Shown: positions 48,424-58,107 of the stretch, piece by piece | How the letters are laid out: each line of letters begins with the position of its first letter | Position numbering within the stretch: position 1 is the stretch's first letter | NCBI GenBank assembly: GCA_965208675.1 | Contig: OZ242351.1 | Span: forward strand, 4,160,001-4,224,000 | Source of the DNA: Candidatus Poribacteria bacterium | GTDB taxonomy: Bacteria; Poribacteria; WGA-4E; PCPOR2b | DNA: 64,000 nucleotides | Direction: 5' to 3' | Program-made: the position numbers and the translations under genes | The notes under the pieces: generated by a model | Seen by the model: the letters and a program-made list of their open reading frames with translations, nothing else | Database searches by the model: none | What the model was told of the DNA's origin: nothing

Positions 48424-51051
48424 TTATTTTTTATTTGTCTCGCTGTCCTGCTCGCCCCATGATGCATAGTAAATGGCGTTAAACAACAGCTTAAACGTCC
48501 CTTGGGATTGCGCGCGGTGCTGAGGCTTGAAGCCGAATAAGATGATATGCCCTTCTCCAAGTTTGACATCCCAGAGCGCGCCTTTTCGTCGGATGCGTTT
48601 GTCGCCCTGGATCCAGCCGCTCATGAGCGGATTAAAGTCAGGATAGGAGGCAACGGGCTTCCCGCCTCTCGCCTCAAGAGCTGGTCCTGACTTGAAAAAT
48701 ACCGCCATTTCACGATCTAGTCCATACCCAATCGGATGCGTTGTATCGACGAAAACACGCAGCAGCGATCCGGGACAGAAGAATGGATCAGGATTGGTTG
48801 CCTGCTGAGTGGCTTCGCTGGGCGGATCAAGAGCGTCATTAATGTCTAGTCCGAAATAACGCCCTGGAAGCTGCGACGCGCGGTTCAGACAGATGAGGGT
48901 GCCACCGTTTTCAACGAAGGTACGAAGATTAGCGGCGCCCCCCAACCCGATTCCGCCGACATATTCTGGCGGTAATGCGCCTTCAGCGTGACCGTTAATC
49001 ATTTTTGATGGGTTCATATCGGGCAGGATAATTGCATCGTATCGATTTTCTAAATCGCCGGATCGAATCTCAGCATCGGTTAGGCTGCGATAGGGGAATT
49101 CGTGCTGGTCTAGCACCCAGCGAGTCCAACCTTCATCCATACTGGCGACCCAAGGTTTGTAGAGCCCGATGCGCGGCTGCGTTAATTTCACATCCGGATC
49201 TTTGTCAGGCAGAACAGCCAACGCCTGGATTTCAATTCCTAAGGAATGAGCGAGTTCTTGAAGATTGGTTGACGCAAGCTGTGGAATTTCTGTCGTCGTG
49301 ATTAAAATAGATCCGCGTGAGAAATTTTGACCGCCTATTGAATGTGCTTTAGGCGACCAGTAGAGCGTGTATCCTTCCGAGGATAGCAATCGATTGAGTG
49401 CAATAGTCTCTGCGTTTGTGTGGTTTTTGAAAAGATACCCCACAGGGTCAGATACTGTGTGTAATCGTCCCTGCAATTTTGGAATTTCTTCCACTCGAAT
49501 GAGATTCGCGTCGAAGTCGTCAACGACCGTGATTACTTTGACGCCCATCTGTAACGGGAGCGTCCAGCCAGCGATGTCATACGGACGTTCGGGCGGCGCG
49601 TTGGGACCCGCGCGGCGTTCTGGATATTTCTGCACTTCTAGCAAATCTTTGGCATGTCCGCGAAACGGCTGCGCCATCGAAATTACGTAGGTGCCCGCAG
49701 GGTATTCGACGCCATCCGCAGAAAAGTTTGCATTTGCCCGATGAATCTCTACGCCGCCATGCTGCAAGATTCTTAGCATATTTAGCGCGTTATTGGGATC
49801 GCGTTGGTTAAGCGGCACAAGAAATGCGCGCGGCGGTTCACTGTTCCCCTTTTCCACCGCAATGCGTCCCATTTTGACGAAATTTGAGAGGAACATCGTC
49901 TTATGTTTGGCAACGCACGATAGAATTGAAAACGACGCAGACAGTTCATAGTCCATGATGTTACGTAACCGCCACCAACCGCCGGGCCACGGTTCGGGGA
50001 AGTTGGTCTGCAGTGAATACTTACCGAGACCGCGTCGATGCCCCTTCAATGCGCTTCTAGGTTGAAAGATTGGCGAAGCGATGTTTACCCTTGCAGCTTC
50101 GCTCAGAATTCCGACCATGTTGTGGCGATAGGGTACGGTACGGAATCCTCCGTGCCACCACATGTCGTACACCGCATTGGAGAGAACACCGGTGAATCCC
50201 TGCGAAGTGAGATCCAGCGCGATTTGTGCACCGATCAGGGAGAGTTCGCGCTGTAGAATCGGGTGGATATTGGGATTTACGGGATCGAAATATGGGGGGA
50301 TGACAAACCGTGCGCCTCTATTGCCCATCTCGTGAACATCGTAGACGACTTCAGGAAACCATTCCTCATAAAGGATTCGGGTTACGATTTGCGTCTCAAT
50401 CTGCGTCAGCATGAACCAATCACGGTTGTTATCGTGGCCGGTGTATTTGTGGTATAGCCAAGGCATGGGCGAACCCTCGTACGGCGTGCCGACGCAGCGA
50501 TTGTACCAATCGATGACCATGTTCAACCCGTCAGGATTCGAAGAAGGAATTAGCAGAATAATCACATTTTCGAGAATTTCTTGGATCTGCTGCGTATTTT
50601 CCGTCGCGAGCCGAAAGGCGAGTTCCATAGACATCTGTGACGATGCAATCTCTGTCGAGTGTAAATTGCAGTTAATTAGAACCACAGCTTTGCCTTCACG
50701 GCAAAGCTGGTCCAATTTGGATGCGTCCTGTCCGCGCGGATCGGCGAGTTTTCCCTGAATCGCTTTGAAGTGTTCCCGGTTCGCCAAATTTTCTGGCGAC
50801 GATATTAACACGAGGGCAAAATCGTGTCCTTCCGTGGTTTTGCCGCGATTCTCCAGAATTACCCGATCAGAAACCTCGGCTAATTGTTTCAGATAATCTG
50901 TAATTGACTCCCAACGTGCCAATTTGTAGTCGTCGCCGACAGGGAAGCCAAGCACATCTTCTGGGCTGCTAATCTCGGCCTCTGCGGAAGCAAACGCGAG
51001 AAATAGAGTGACGACACCAATGAAAAGTTGGAAATAAGCGTGACGTAACAT
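48424..51051 (-). CDS. secreted M14 zinc carboxypeptidase with C-terminal class-I-GATase-like domain
   Basis: LHSTE (HxxE), NPDG, DNNRDW, DVHEMG, PYDIAGWTLP, MDEGWTRW; start MLRHAYF (51051) or TTG 51060. Confidence 0.9.
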   Translation of the reverse strand: MLRHAYFQLFIGVVTLFLAFASAEAEISSPEDVLGFPVGDDYKLARWESITDYLKQLAEVSDRVILENRGKTTEGHDFALVLISSPENLANREHFKAIQGKLADPRGQDASKLDQLCREGKAVVLINCNLHSTEIASSQMSMELAFRLATENTQQIQEILENVIILLIPSSNPDGLNMVIDWYNRCVGTPYEGSPMPWLYHKYTGHDNNRDWFMLTQIETQIVTRILYEEWFPEVVYDVHEMGNRGARFVIPPYFDPVNPNIHPILQRELSLIGAQIALDLTSQGFTGVLSNAVYDMWWHGGFRTVPYRHNMVGILSEAARVNIASPIFQPRSALKGHRRGLGKYSLQTNFPEPWPGGWWRLRNIMDYELSASFSILSCVAKHKTMFLSNFVKMGRIAVEKGNSEPPRAFLVPLNQRDPNNALNMLRILQHGGVEIHRANANFSADGVEYPAGTYVISMAQPFRGHAKDLLEVQKYPERRAGPNAPPERPYDIAGWTLPLQMGVKVITVVDDFDANLIRVEEIPKLQGRLHTVSDPVGYLFKNHTNAETIALNRLLSSEGYTLYWSPKAHSIGGQNFSRGSILITTTEIPQLASTNLQELAHSLGIEIQALAVLPDKDPDVKLTQPRIGLYKPWVASMDEGWTRWVLDQHEFPYRSLTDAEIRSGDLENRYDAIILPDMNPSKMINGHAEGALPPEYVGGIGLGGAANLRTFVENGGTLICLNRASQLPGRYFGLDINDALDPPSEATQQATNPDPFFCPGSLLRVFVDTTHPIGYGLDREMAVFFKSGPALEARGGKPVASYPDFNPLMSGWIQGDKRIRRKGALWDVKLGEGHIILFGFKPQHRAQSQGTFKLLFNAIYYASWGEQDSETNKK

Positions 51052-51215
51052 TGTGCTCAATAATCCAATCCTCCTTCGCACACGAAACGCTTCAGATTTA
51101 TTACTGCTGAAATTGTACCACATAGTCGACCTCAGCACCAACCCTTAGCAAGATGACTTGGTTGAATGGCATTTAATTGGTAACCAAGCCGTTCGCACAA
51201 TTAATGATGCAAAAG

Positions 51216-51509
51216 CCAACCTACAAGAACTGTGATTTTTGTGATTAAATGATGGATTATGATTAATTTGAGTCATTTAGGTGCATATATACACAAGGAG
51301 TGATTGAAAATCGAGGCTGGGAAGCCTCTCGCACAGCGCGATGAGTCAATGATTATTTCTGGTAATCGAGCTTGATAGGGTTGCGTGAGGGTACAAAAGA
51401 GTTGGGTTTCGCTCCGCGTGTATTTACAATAACATTATTAGAAATTCGGAACGTTAAATGCTGCCTGAACCGTTTTGGAAGTACCCGCTCTACCCAACCT
51501 ACAAGAACT
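51216..51509. repeat. cluster of REP-like sequences
   Basis: CCAACCTACAAGAACT at 51216 and 51494; reverse complement of 51481-51502 (GTAGGTTGGGTAGAGCGG) matches 44083 with one mismatch; GAGGCT-GGGA-AGCCTC hairpin at ~51313. Confidence 0.65.
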
Positions 51510-53901
51510 ATGCGATGCGTCTTGCTTCGCTCTTCGGATGCCAGAATGCCGAAATCAACGCCGTAATGGGAATCGTTAGGACGAGACCGAGTGTGCCGGC
51601 AAGTAAACGCACGACTTCAGCGGAGGCGGTGCCGATGCTCAAAAGTTCGACGACAGGGGATCGGAATAAATCTAAGTTTGGCGCTGTTGCCGCCAAGACA
51701 AACAGCAACTCCACACCGAGATAAGCGAATACTAATGTGTTCACCATTGTGCCGAGAATATCGGTGCCGACATTCATCCCAGATGTAATCAATCGCCATG
51801 TCGGCATATTCGGGTTTGCGCGTCGAATCTCTTCCATTGATGAGGAAACTTCAATAGCGCCATCCACCGCTACCCCTAGCACACCCATTAACATCCCCGC
51901 CATGAGAACTTGCCGAAAATCAAATGGCGGCGTACGAATGGCTTCGATGATGTCCGCTGATACCGCGTTCTCCAAACCGGAGAAGTGGAGATAGTTCTGC
52001 GAGTACATGACGATAAGCCCCGCGACGAGAATACCGCCCATTGTTCCGAACACGGCTGAGAAGGTCTTGCGGCTCGGACCTATCACAAACACGAGGGACA
52101 CAAAGGCAACTAAACCGGAGGTCAAAGTAACAATTACCACAGCGTTTTTCCCCTGTGAAATCAGGGGGAGCATGAAGAAGTAGAGAATTAGCCCCGAAAT
52201 AGCCATGGCGCAGACAGTACGTACGCCTTCATTCCGCCCGACCACGATTATGGCAACAAGCATTAATCCAAGCATCCACAGCAGGAATCGATCCCGACCG
52301 TACTCCTGTATAATGTTGACCAGGCTGAATTGATCGGGCGAACCGCCTACGCGGCAAAGAATGGTGTCTCCCGGATTGGCGGGAATGCTCAGCAACGGCA
52401 TACTGTGGTTGAGGATGTTTCGCAAAACGATGCGTTCTCCTTTGTATAGCCCCGAGAGCATTTCAACTTCAAGGATTTGATGCTCGGTAATCTCATTCAT
52501 CGGGTTGGATTCGAGCAGGCGAATGACTTTCCCTTTTGCGTATTCGGATCGGAACGTAAGCTCGCCGTTGTCGTTGCCCTGTTCGATAATTGTTGCTGAA
52601 GCGTTGTTAACGCGATTGTGAAAGAATTGCATACCAACCAACACGACTATCAATGCGATGGGAACGGCGAAACGCGCTTTACCGCCCGTACCGCCGCCGT
52701 AGCGTTTTTCAATTTCTTCTGCTGATGGAAGGTCTTCGTGAATATCTGACGGTTTGACCTTTGTGTAACGAGTTAATATGCCGGCGATTACGGCGGCGAT
52801 AGGCACTGTTAGGACCAGCCCAATGGTTCCGACGATGGCTCGTATTACAGCCACCGCGGTTGCTTCTTCATTCATCAAACGGATGAACGGATATAGCATT
52901 CCAACTTCCGGGAACTCGATCCGCGGGAGGAGCATCGTAATCATGTGTGCGCCGAGGTACGCAAAGATGAGTGTATCCGCCATAGTCCCCATAATGTCTC
53001 GCCCGACATTAAGCCCAACGCGGATTGCTTGGCGCACGGTGACATTTGGGTTGACCTGCTTAACTTCATAAACTGATGAAGAGATGGACATACCCACATC
53101 CATCATGGCGCCAACAGCGCCTAAAATCATGCCTGATACGAGTATCCCTTCAAAGTTCCAATTGTGAGAAGCCGGGGTTCGCCAGAGTGCCAGTCCGAGT
53201 TCGAGAAATCCGAACTCTTGTGCTAATCCTGTCAGAATCATAGCCTTCATGCTGATGACGGAAAGAATTCCAACGGCGACCAAACCGCCGAGCGTTCCCA
53301 ACACGCCGGAAATGACCTTGAAGCTAAACCCGGTAATCAAGACAAAAGTCGTGAGCGTAAGAAAGGCTGATACGAGCAAGGTAACAATGATAGGATTAAA
53401 GCCTTTAATAGTCAGGGGAACCAAGACGTAGAGAACAACGAATGCCGTAACGAAAAGCGTTAGGATTGCCCGTAGGCCCTTCATGCCAGCGACCAAAATC
53501 ATTAAGCAACCCAATAAACCTGCAAGGTAGAGCAAAAAGGGGGCACGGAAAAATTCGAGCATCCTTACATCTTCGATTGTGGTTTGATTCTGGTATCTGA
53601 GGGGGATTTCAAGGAAGAGCACATCCCCTTTCCGGAGTACCCGATCGCCGAACGCTCGTCCTGTCCAAATATTGTCGATTTGTACGCTTTGCCCCCTAAA
53701 TTCGCCTGAAATAACCTGAAAGGTCAAAATCTGGTCGGCTTCATCACTCGTATCCACGGTTGTGACTCGACCTAGGCAAACGAGAGTTTTCAATGCGCCT
53801 TGATGCACAATCTCGGAAAACTGAAACAGTTTAATATGCAAAAACAAAATTATTACGAGGATTGTCAGAACACCAAGAACCCTTAATTTCCAGTCCGTCA
53901 T
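51508..53901 (-). CDS. YibE/F family membrane protein with two tandem YibE/F modules
   Basis: Two copies of G...GA..D...IS.S..E....NP, G.NVG.DI.GTM..TL.FAY.G, GT.GLVLT.PI.A, each preceded by a soluble beta domain (VISGEFRG / MLSGLYKG). Confidence 0.9.
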   Translation of the reverse strand: MTDWKLRVLGVLTILVIILFLHIKLFQFSEIVHQGALKTLVCLGRVTTVDTSDEADQILTFQVISGEFRGQSVQIDNIWTGRAFGDRVLRKGDVLFLEIPLRYQNQTTIEDVRMLEFFRAPFLLYLAGLLGCLMILVAGMKGLRAILTLFVTAFVVLYVLVPLTIKGFNPIIVTLLVSAFLTLTTFVLITGFSFKVISGVLGTLGGLVAVGILSVISMKAMILTGLAQEFGFLELGLALWRTPASHNWNFEGILVSGMILGAVGAMMDVGMSISSSVYEVKQVNPNVTVRQAIRVGLNVGRDIMGTMADTLIFAYLGAHMITMLLPRIEFPEVGMLYPFIRLMNEEATAVAVIRAIVGTIGLVLTVPIAAVIAGILTRYTKVKPSDIHEDLPSAEEIEKRYGGGTGGKARFAVPIALIVVLVGMQFFHNRVNNASATIIEQGNDNGELTFRSEYAKGKVIRLLESNPMNEITEHQILEVEMLSGLYKGERIVLRNILNHSMPLLSIPANPGDTILCRVGGSPDQFSLVNIIQEYGRDRFLLWMLGLMLVAIIVVGRNEGVRTVCAMAISGLILYFFMLPLISQGKNAVVIVTLTSGLVAFVSLVFVIGPSRKTFSAVFGTMGGILVAGLIVMYSQNYLHFSGLENAVSADIIEAIRTPPFDFRQVLMAGMLMGVLGVAVDGAIEVSSSMEEIRRANPNMPTWRLITSGMNVGTDILGTMVNTLVFAYLGVELLFVLAATAPNLDLFRSPVVELLSIGTASAEVVRLLAGTLGLVLTIPITALISAFWHPKSEARRIA

Positions 53902-54498
53902 TCAGGTTCTCCTGTTTATCTGCGGTAAATCAAACGGGAAACGGGGGTGCGGGGGGACCTTGCGGCATATACAATAAGGATGCCGAATTACACGTTAATC
54001 CGTCGTCGCTTTTTTTCACAGCCGTAAATATTGCAAGGATAACACATAATTGAAGACAGTGCAATATATAAGCAGACCGCAGAAATGTGCGCTGCTGACA
54101 ACGATTCAGACTGCAAACCGGTGGAACAGAACATTCTTGAATTTAGTTAGCCAGCCGTTGCCAACAATAAACACGTTAGAAATTTTGCCGGGTGAAGTTT
54201 TCGTTTTGGGGGTAAAGGCAGTTGGCAAATATGGAAGGAATTGCACTTGGAACCAAGATCCAGAATTTCGCTGAAAACCGGCAAAACTAAGGATGCACAT
54301 TGCTCACTAATGATCCTAAACATTGCGGTCGAAGGCGTCACTAACTATGGCTGCATTCAAGACGAAATCGAATGTAAACTAAGCCGATTTGCGGAGAGGG
54401 ATTTGACACGGAGTGATGAGAGGCGGGATTGCTTTGTTATTTGATTTAGCTGAGCAAGTCGCATTATCTGTATCAAAAACGTGACTTCTATATTGCAT

Positions 54499-55734
54499 CT
54501 AAAACCATTCTTTCATACGCCTAAGGATTTGTTCAAACAGGTTTCCCTTGATAAACGTACGTTTGGGTTCAATTTGGCGTTGCGACGCGCCATAGATTAC
54601 CAGGCCGACACCAGTTGCATAAATCGGATTGTGAATCCTGTCCGTTAATCCTTTTAGTGGACGCGGATAGCCTATTCTCACCGGATACGGGAAAGTCTGT
54701 TCAGCAAGTTCGAGGAGCCCATCAAGGAGCGAGGAACCTCCAGTAAGCACCACCCCGGAAGGAATGTGAAGATGGCTATTGGCAATTTCTTGGCCGATTA
54801 AATCGAGCATTTCTCCCATACGGCATTGAATAATCTCGGTTAAGTCCTTTTTAGTGACGAAGCGAGTTCTTCGTGTGCCTCCGACGGTTGAGATTGGAAT
54901 AGTATCATCTGACTCAATAATGTCAACACATGCGCAGCCTCGAGTGACCTTAAGTTTCTCTGCATCCTGATGGGTCATCTTCAATAGTTGAGCGATATCG
55001 CTGGTTACATGGTCTCCGCCAAGCGAGAGCACTGCGGTATGATGCGGCGCACCATCTTTATAAACAACGGTATCAGTAGTTCCACCTCCCATGTCAGCAA
55101 GAACGACGCCAAGATTCTTTTCCTCACTTGATAAAACTGCGCCGGCGGAGGCGATTGGTTCCATAACGATGTTTTCAACGGAGATCCCGGTGTTATAAAC
55201 ACTTCTGACAAGGTTTTGTGCTGAAGCGACCGCGCCGGTAATAATGTGGACGTATGCTTCGAGACGAACACCGGACATGCCTACCGGCTCTTTAATTCCA
55301 TCTTGATTGTCAACCACAAATCCTTGCGGAATAACGTGAAGCACCTCTCGTTCAACTGGAATCGAAATAGCTTGTGCAGCGCTAATGGCTCGATCTACAT
55401 CGGACTGGGTGATTTCGCGGCCTTCGCCCGCGACAGCGACAACGCCATTCTGAGTTTGTCCCGTGATATGGCCTCCCGCAATGCCGGCATACACCGATCC
55501 AATCTCGACGCCTGCCATTAATTCGGCATTTGCAATTGCTTCTCGAATTGCGGTGCTGGTGAGATCGATATCGACGACAACTCCCTTCCGCAATCCTTTC
55601 GAAGGAGCCGTTCCAACACCAATTATCTCTATTTTTTCTGGATCGCCCTGCCAAGTATTCCCAATAATTGCGGCGATTTTGCTCGTCCCGATGTCCAGTC
55701 CGACGACGATATCTTCTCTATCCATGCAATTCAC
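54499..55734 (-). CDS. ftsA: cell division protein FtsA
   Basis: GLDIGTSKI, GLRKGVVVDI, PVGMSGVRLE, DMGGGTTD, GGDHVTSDI, VLTGG, YATGVGL. Confidence 0.97.
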   Translation of the reverse strand: MNCMDREDIVVGLDIGTSKIAAIIGNTWQGDPEKIEIIGVGTAPSKGLRKGVVVDIDLTSTAIREAIANAELMAGVEIGSVYAGIAGGHITGQTQNGVVAVAGEGREITQSDVDRAISAAQAISIPVEREVLHVIPQGFVVDNQDGIKEPVGMSGVRLEAYVHIITGAVASAQNLVRSVYNTGISVENIVMEPIASAGAVLSSEEKNLGVVLADMGGGTTDTVVYKDGAPHHTAVLSLGGDHVTSDIAQLLKMTHQDAEKLKVTRGCACVDIIESDDTIPISTVGGTRRTRFVTKKDLTEIIQCRMGEMLDLIGQEIANSHLHIPSGVVLTGGSSLLDGLLELAEQTFPYPVRIGYPRPLKGLTDRIHNPIYATGVGLVIYGASQRQIEPKRTFIKGNLFEQILRRMKEWF

Positions 55735-55766
55735 CTCCCTCTTGAAACTATTGCATTAGCTCACGC

Positions 55767-56555
55767 TCAGTTAATCCGTCCCAAATAAACCGCGTCCGCG
55801 AATCTTGCATCCAAATAAGCCTTACTACGATTTCGTTTCTTTTGCTTAACAACGGTTGTTCGATTTTTTAAGAATAAATCTATATTTTTGAGTCCAGTTT
55901 CTACAAGATCCGATGAGAGCCAGATCACAGGCAAGCCGCCATCGAGTTGGAGGATGATTTTTTCAGGATGAATGGCGTCAATCGTGCGGATTCTGGCAGC
56001 AATCTCAGGGGTTGAAATCAGCACGGTCCGCAGCACGCGCAATGCCAATTGTACATCTTCTGAAATTACCTGACTATCGGGTTCAGGCAATTGTCCTTGA
56101 GGATGAGCAACTATAGTAACAGATGTATCTGCATCCTGCGGAGAATCGATATATTTCATTGCGTACCCATCCACATCGACCTGAAGAAAACGAAGCTCAC
56201 GATTTAGATTATATTTTAACAGCGCGCTCGGCTTTTCTTTGGCGTTCTTCCCATTGCGGTTTGGTTCCGCGACACTGCCATTCGAGTTATTTGAATGTTC
56301 GCCAAGCACAGAGACATTTTTGGCTCTCACGTCGAAAAAATCGCGTTCGGAGGTGATAAAATATATGAATGCCAAAACAGTAACAAACGTTAATCCGATA
56401 GCAAACCTGCGTTTAACCTGAAAGCGTGAAATTCCATTTTCAGGGGGCAGCCACACCTTCCGCTGCGTCGAATGTTTCCCTGATGCGCGCGGTGAAACAT
56501 CGGCGCGACCGCGGGTTTTAATATAATTTTTTTTCAACGAGGATTTTTTAGGCAT
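55767..56555 (-). CDS. ftsQ: FtsQ/DivIB-like protein with truncated POTRA domain
   Basis: Position between murC and ftsA; basic N-terminus, one TM helix, VDVDG, C-terminal YLDARF motif. Confidence 0.7.
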   Translation of the reverse strand: MPKKSSLKKNYIKTRGRADVSPRASGKHSTQRKVWLPPENGISRFQVKRRFAIGLTFVTVLAFIYFITSERDFFDVRAKNVSVLGEHSNNSNGSVAEPNRNGKNAKEKPSALLKYNLNRELRFLQVDVDGYAMKYIDSPQDADTSVTIVAHPQGQLPEPDSQVISEDVQLALRVLRTVLISTPEIAARIRTIDAIHPEKIILQLDGGLPVIWLSSDLVETGLKNIDLFLKNRTTVVKQKKRNRSKAYLDARFADAVYLGRIN

Positions 56556-56735
56556 GAAAATGTACGCTTTCGGGTTGAAATTTGGTAAATCCGAGAATCA
56601 GAAAGACAATGATGTGTTTATTTCCTTTGTTAACCGGTAAAAATTACCGCGTAATACATCTAAGCATAAATTCGCTGCAAAATCAATCGCATTCGCTTTT
56701 TTCGCAATTGATTAATCTCTTTTCGGTCGTTCAAT

Positions 56736-58100
56736 CTAATTGCCCAATTGATTCATTAGTTCACGGCCAACACACCAGATGTCCCCAGCGCCAACTGTGA
56801 TTACGATATCATTGGGCTGGACAATATTCATCAAAACGCTCGCCACTTCCGCTTTATCTGGAATATACATTGCGTGGCGATGTCCGTGCGCCTGAATAGC
56901 CTGCGTCAGGTTTTCCGCAGTGACCCCTTCAACAGGAGTTTCCTCGGCTCCATAGATAGAGGTGACAATTAGCACATCTGTCTCATAAAACGATTTCGAG
57001 AACTCCTCTGCAAGATGTTTAACGCGCTGGTATCGATGTGGTTGAAAGACAGCGACGATGCGGCGATTGTAACTCTCGCGCGCAGCGCGAAACGTAGCTT
57101 TAAGCTTAGCCGGATTGTGGGCATAATCGTCAACCACGATGACACCATTGGTTTGACCAATGACTTCAAAACGTCGATGTACGCCCTGAAATGATTCCAA
57201 GGCATCTCGTAGCTGATCGAAAGGCACATCCAACTCCATTCCAACGGCGATGGCGGCTAGTGCATTGGAAATGTTGTGGCGGCCTGGCATTTTTAAGTGG
57301 ACTTCACCTAAAACGTCTCCCCGGACCCGAACTTGGTATTGGCACGTGGGCCCATCGATCCGGATTTGTTCTGCCGTTATATCTGCCCGTGTCTCAATGC
57401 CATAAGTCACGTAGCGTTTTTCAAGTCTGGGGACGAGACGCTGGATGTTCTCTTGGTCTAAACACAACACCGCCGTTCCGTAAAACGGCACTTTATTGAC
57501 AAAATTCAGGAACGTCTCGCCGATTTCTTCCACGCTGCTGTAATAATCGAGATGATCTGCATCGACCGACGTTACAACGGCGATTGTTGGGAAGAATTTT
57601 TCAATGGAACCATAAGCTTCATCTGCTTCAACCACCATAATCTCGCCGCGTCCAAACCGTGCGTGGCTTCCTAGGCTGACCAGTTTTCCGCCGACGATAA
57701 CGGTTGGGTCAAGTTTTTCTAACACGGCGGCTGTCATTGCAGTTGTTGTGGTTTTGCCGTGAGTTCCGCTAATGGCAACACTGGACTTCATCCGCATTAT
57801 CTCTGCGAGCATTTCTGCACCGCGAATAACGGGAATTTTTCGGTTTTTTGCAGCAACTACCTCTGGGTTCTCTTGCGGCACTGCGGGTGAAACGACAACA
57901 ACATCGGCGCCCGATATTTGTTCAGCCGCATGCCCGTAATATACTTTTGCACCTAGCGCCGCAAGATGCTCGGTAGTTTCGGTTTGGTACAAGTCCGATC
58001 CGGAAATCCAAAAGTCAAGGCTTAGCAAGATTTCTGCAATCCCGCTGAGTCCGGCGCCGCCGATGCCAATAATGTGAATATGGCGAGTTGCTCCAAACAT
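56736..58100 (-). CDS. murC: UDP-N-acetylmuramate--L-alanine ligase
   Basis: IGIGGAGLSG, GTHGKTTTT, EADE, DHLD, DDYAHNP, FQPHRY, GAGD. Confidence 0.97.
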   Translation of the reverse strand: MFGATRHIHIIGIGGAGLSGIAEILLSLDFWISGSDLYQTETTEHLAALGAKVYYGHAAEQISGADVVVVSPAVPQENPEVVAAKNRKIPVIRGAEMLAEIMRMKSSVAISGTHGKTTTTAMTAAVLEKLDPTVIVGGKLVSLGSHARFGRGEIMVVEADEAYGSIEKFFPTIAVVTSVDADHLDYYSSVEEIGETFLNFVNKVPFYGTAVLCLDQENIQRLVPRLEKRYVTYGIETRADITAEQIRIDGPTCQYQVRVRGDVLGEVHLKMPGRHNISNALAAIAVGMELDVPFDQLRDALESFQGVHRRFEVIGQTNGVIVVDDYAHNPAKLKATFRAARESYNRRIVAVFQPHRYQRVKHLAEEFSKSFYETDVLIVTSIYGAEETPVEGVTAENLTQAIQAHGHRHAMYIPDKAEVASVLMNIVQPNDIVITVGAGDIWCVGRELMNQLGN

Positions 58101-58107
58101 AGAGGCC

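Noticed and set aside
53905-54495. Riboswitch or ncRNA between ftsA and the YibE/F gene, and the short ORFs there
   Set aside because: Only a short CGGCAT/ATGCCG stem; no recognisable riboswitch consensus or protein motif; an Rfam scan would be needed
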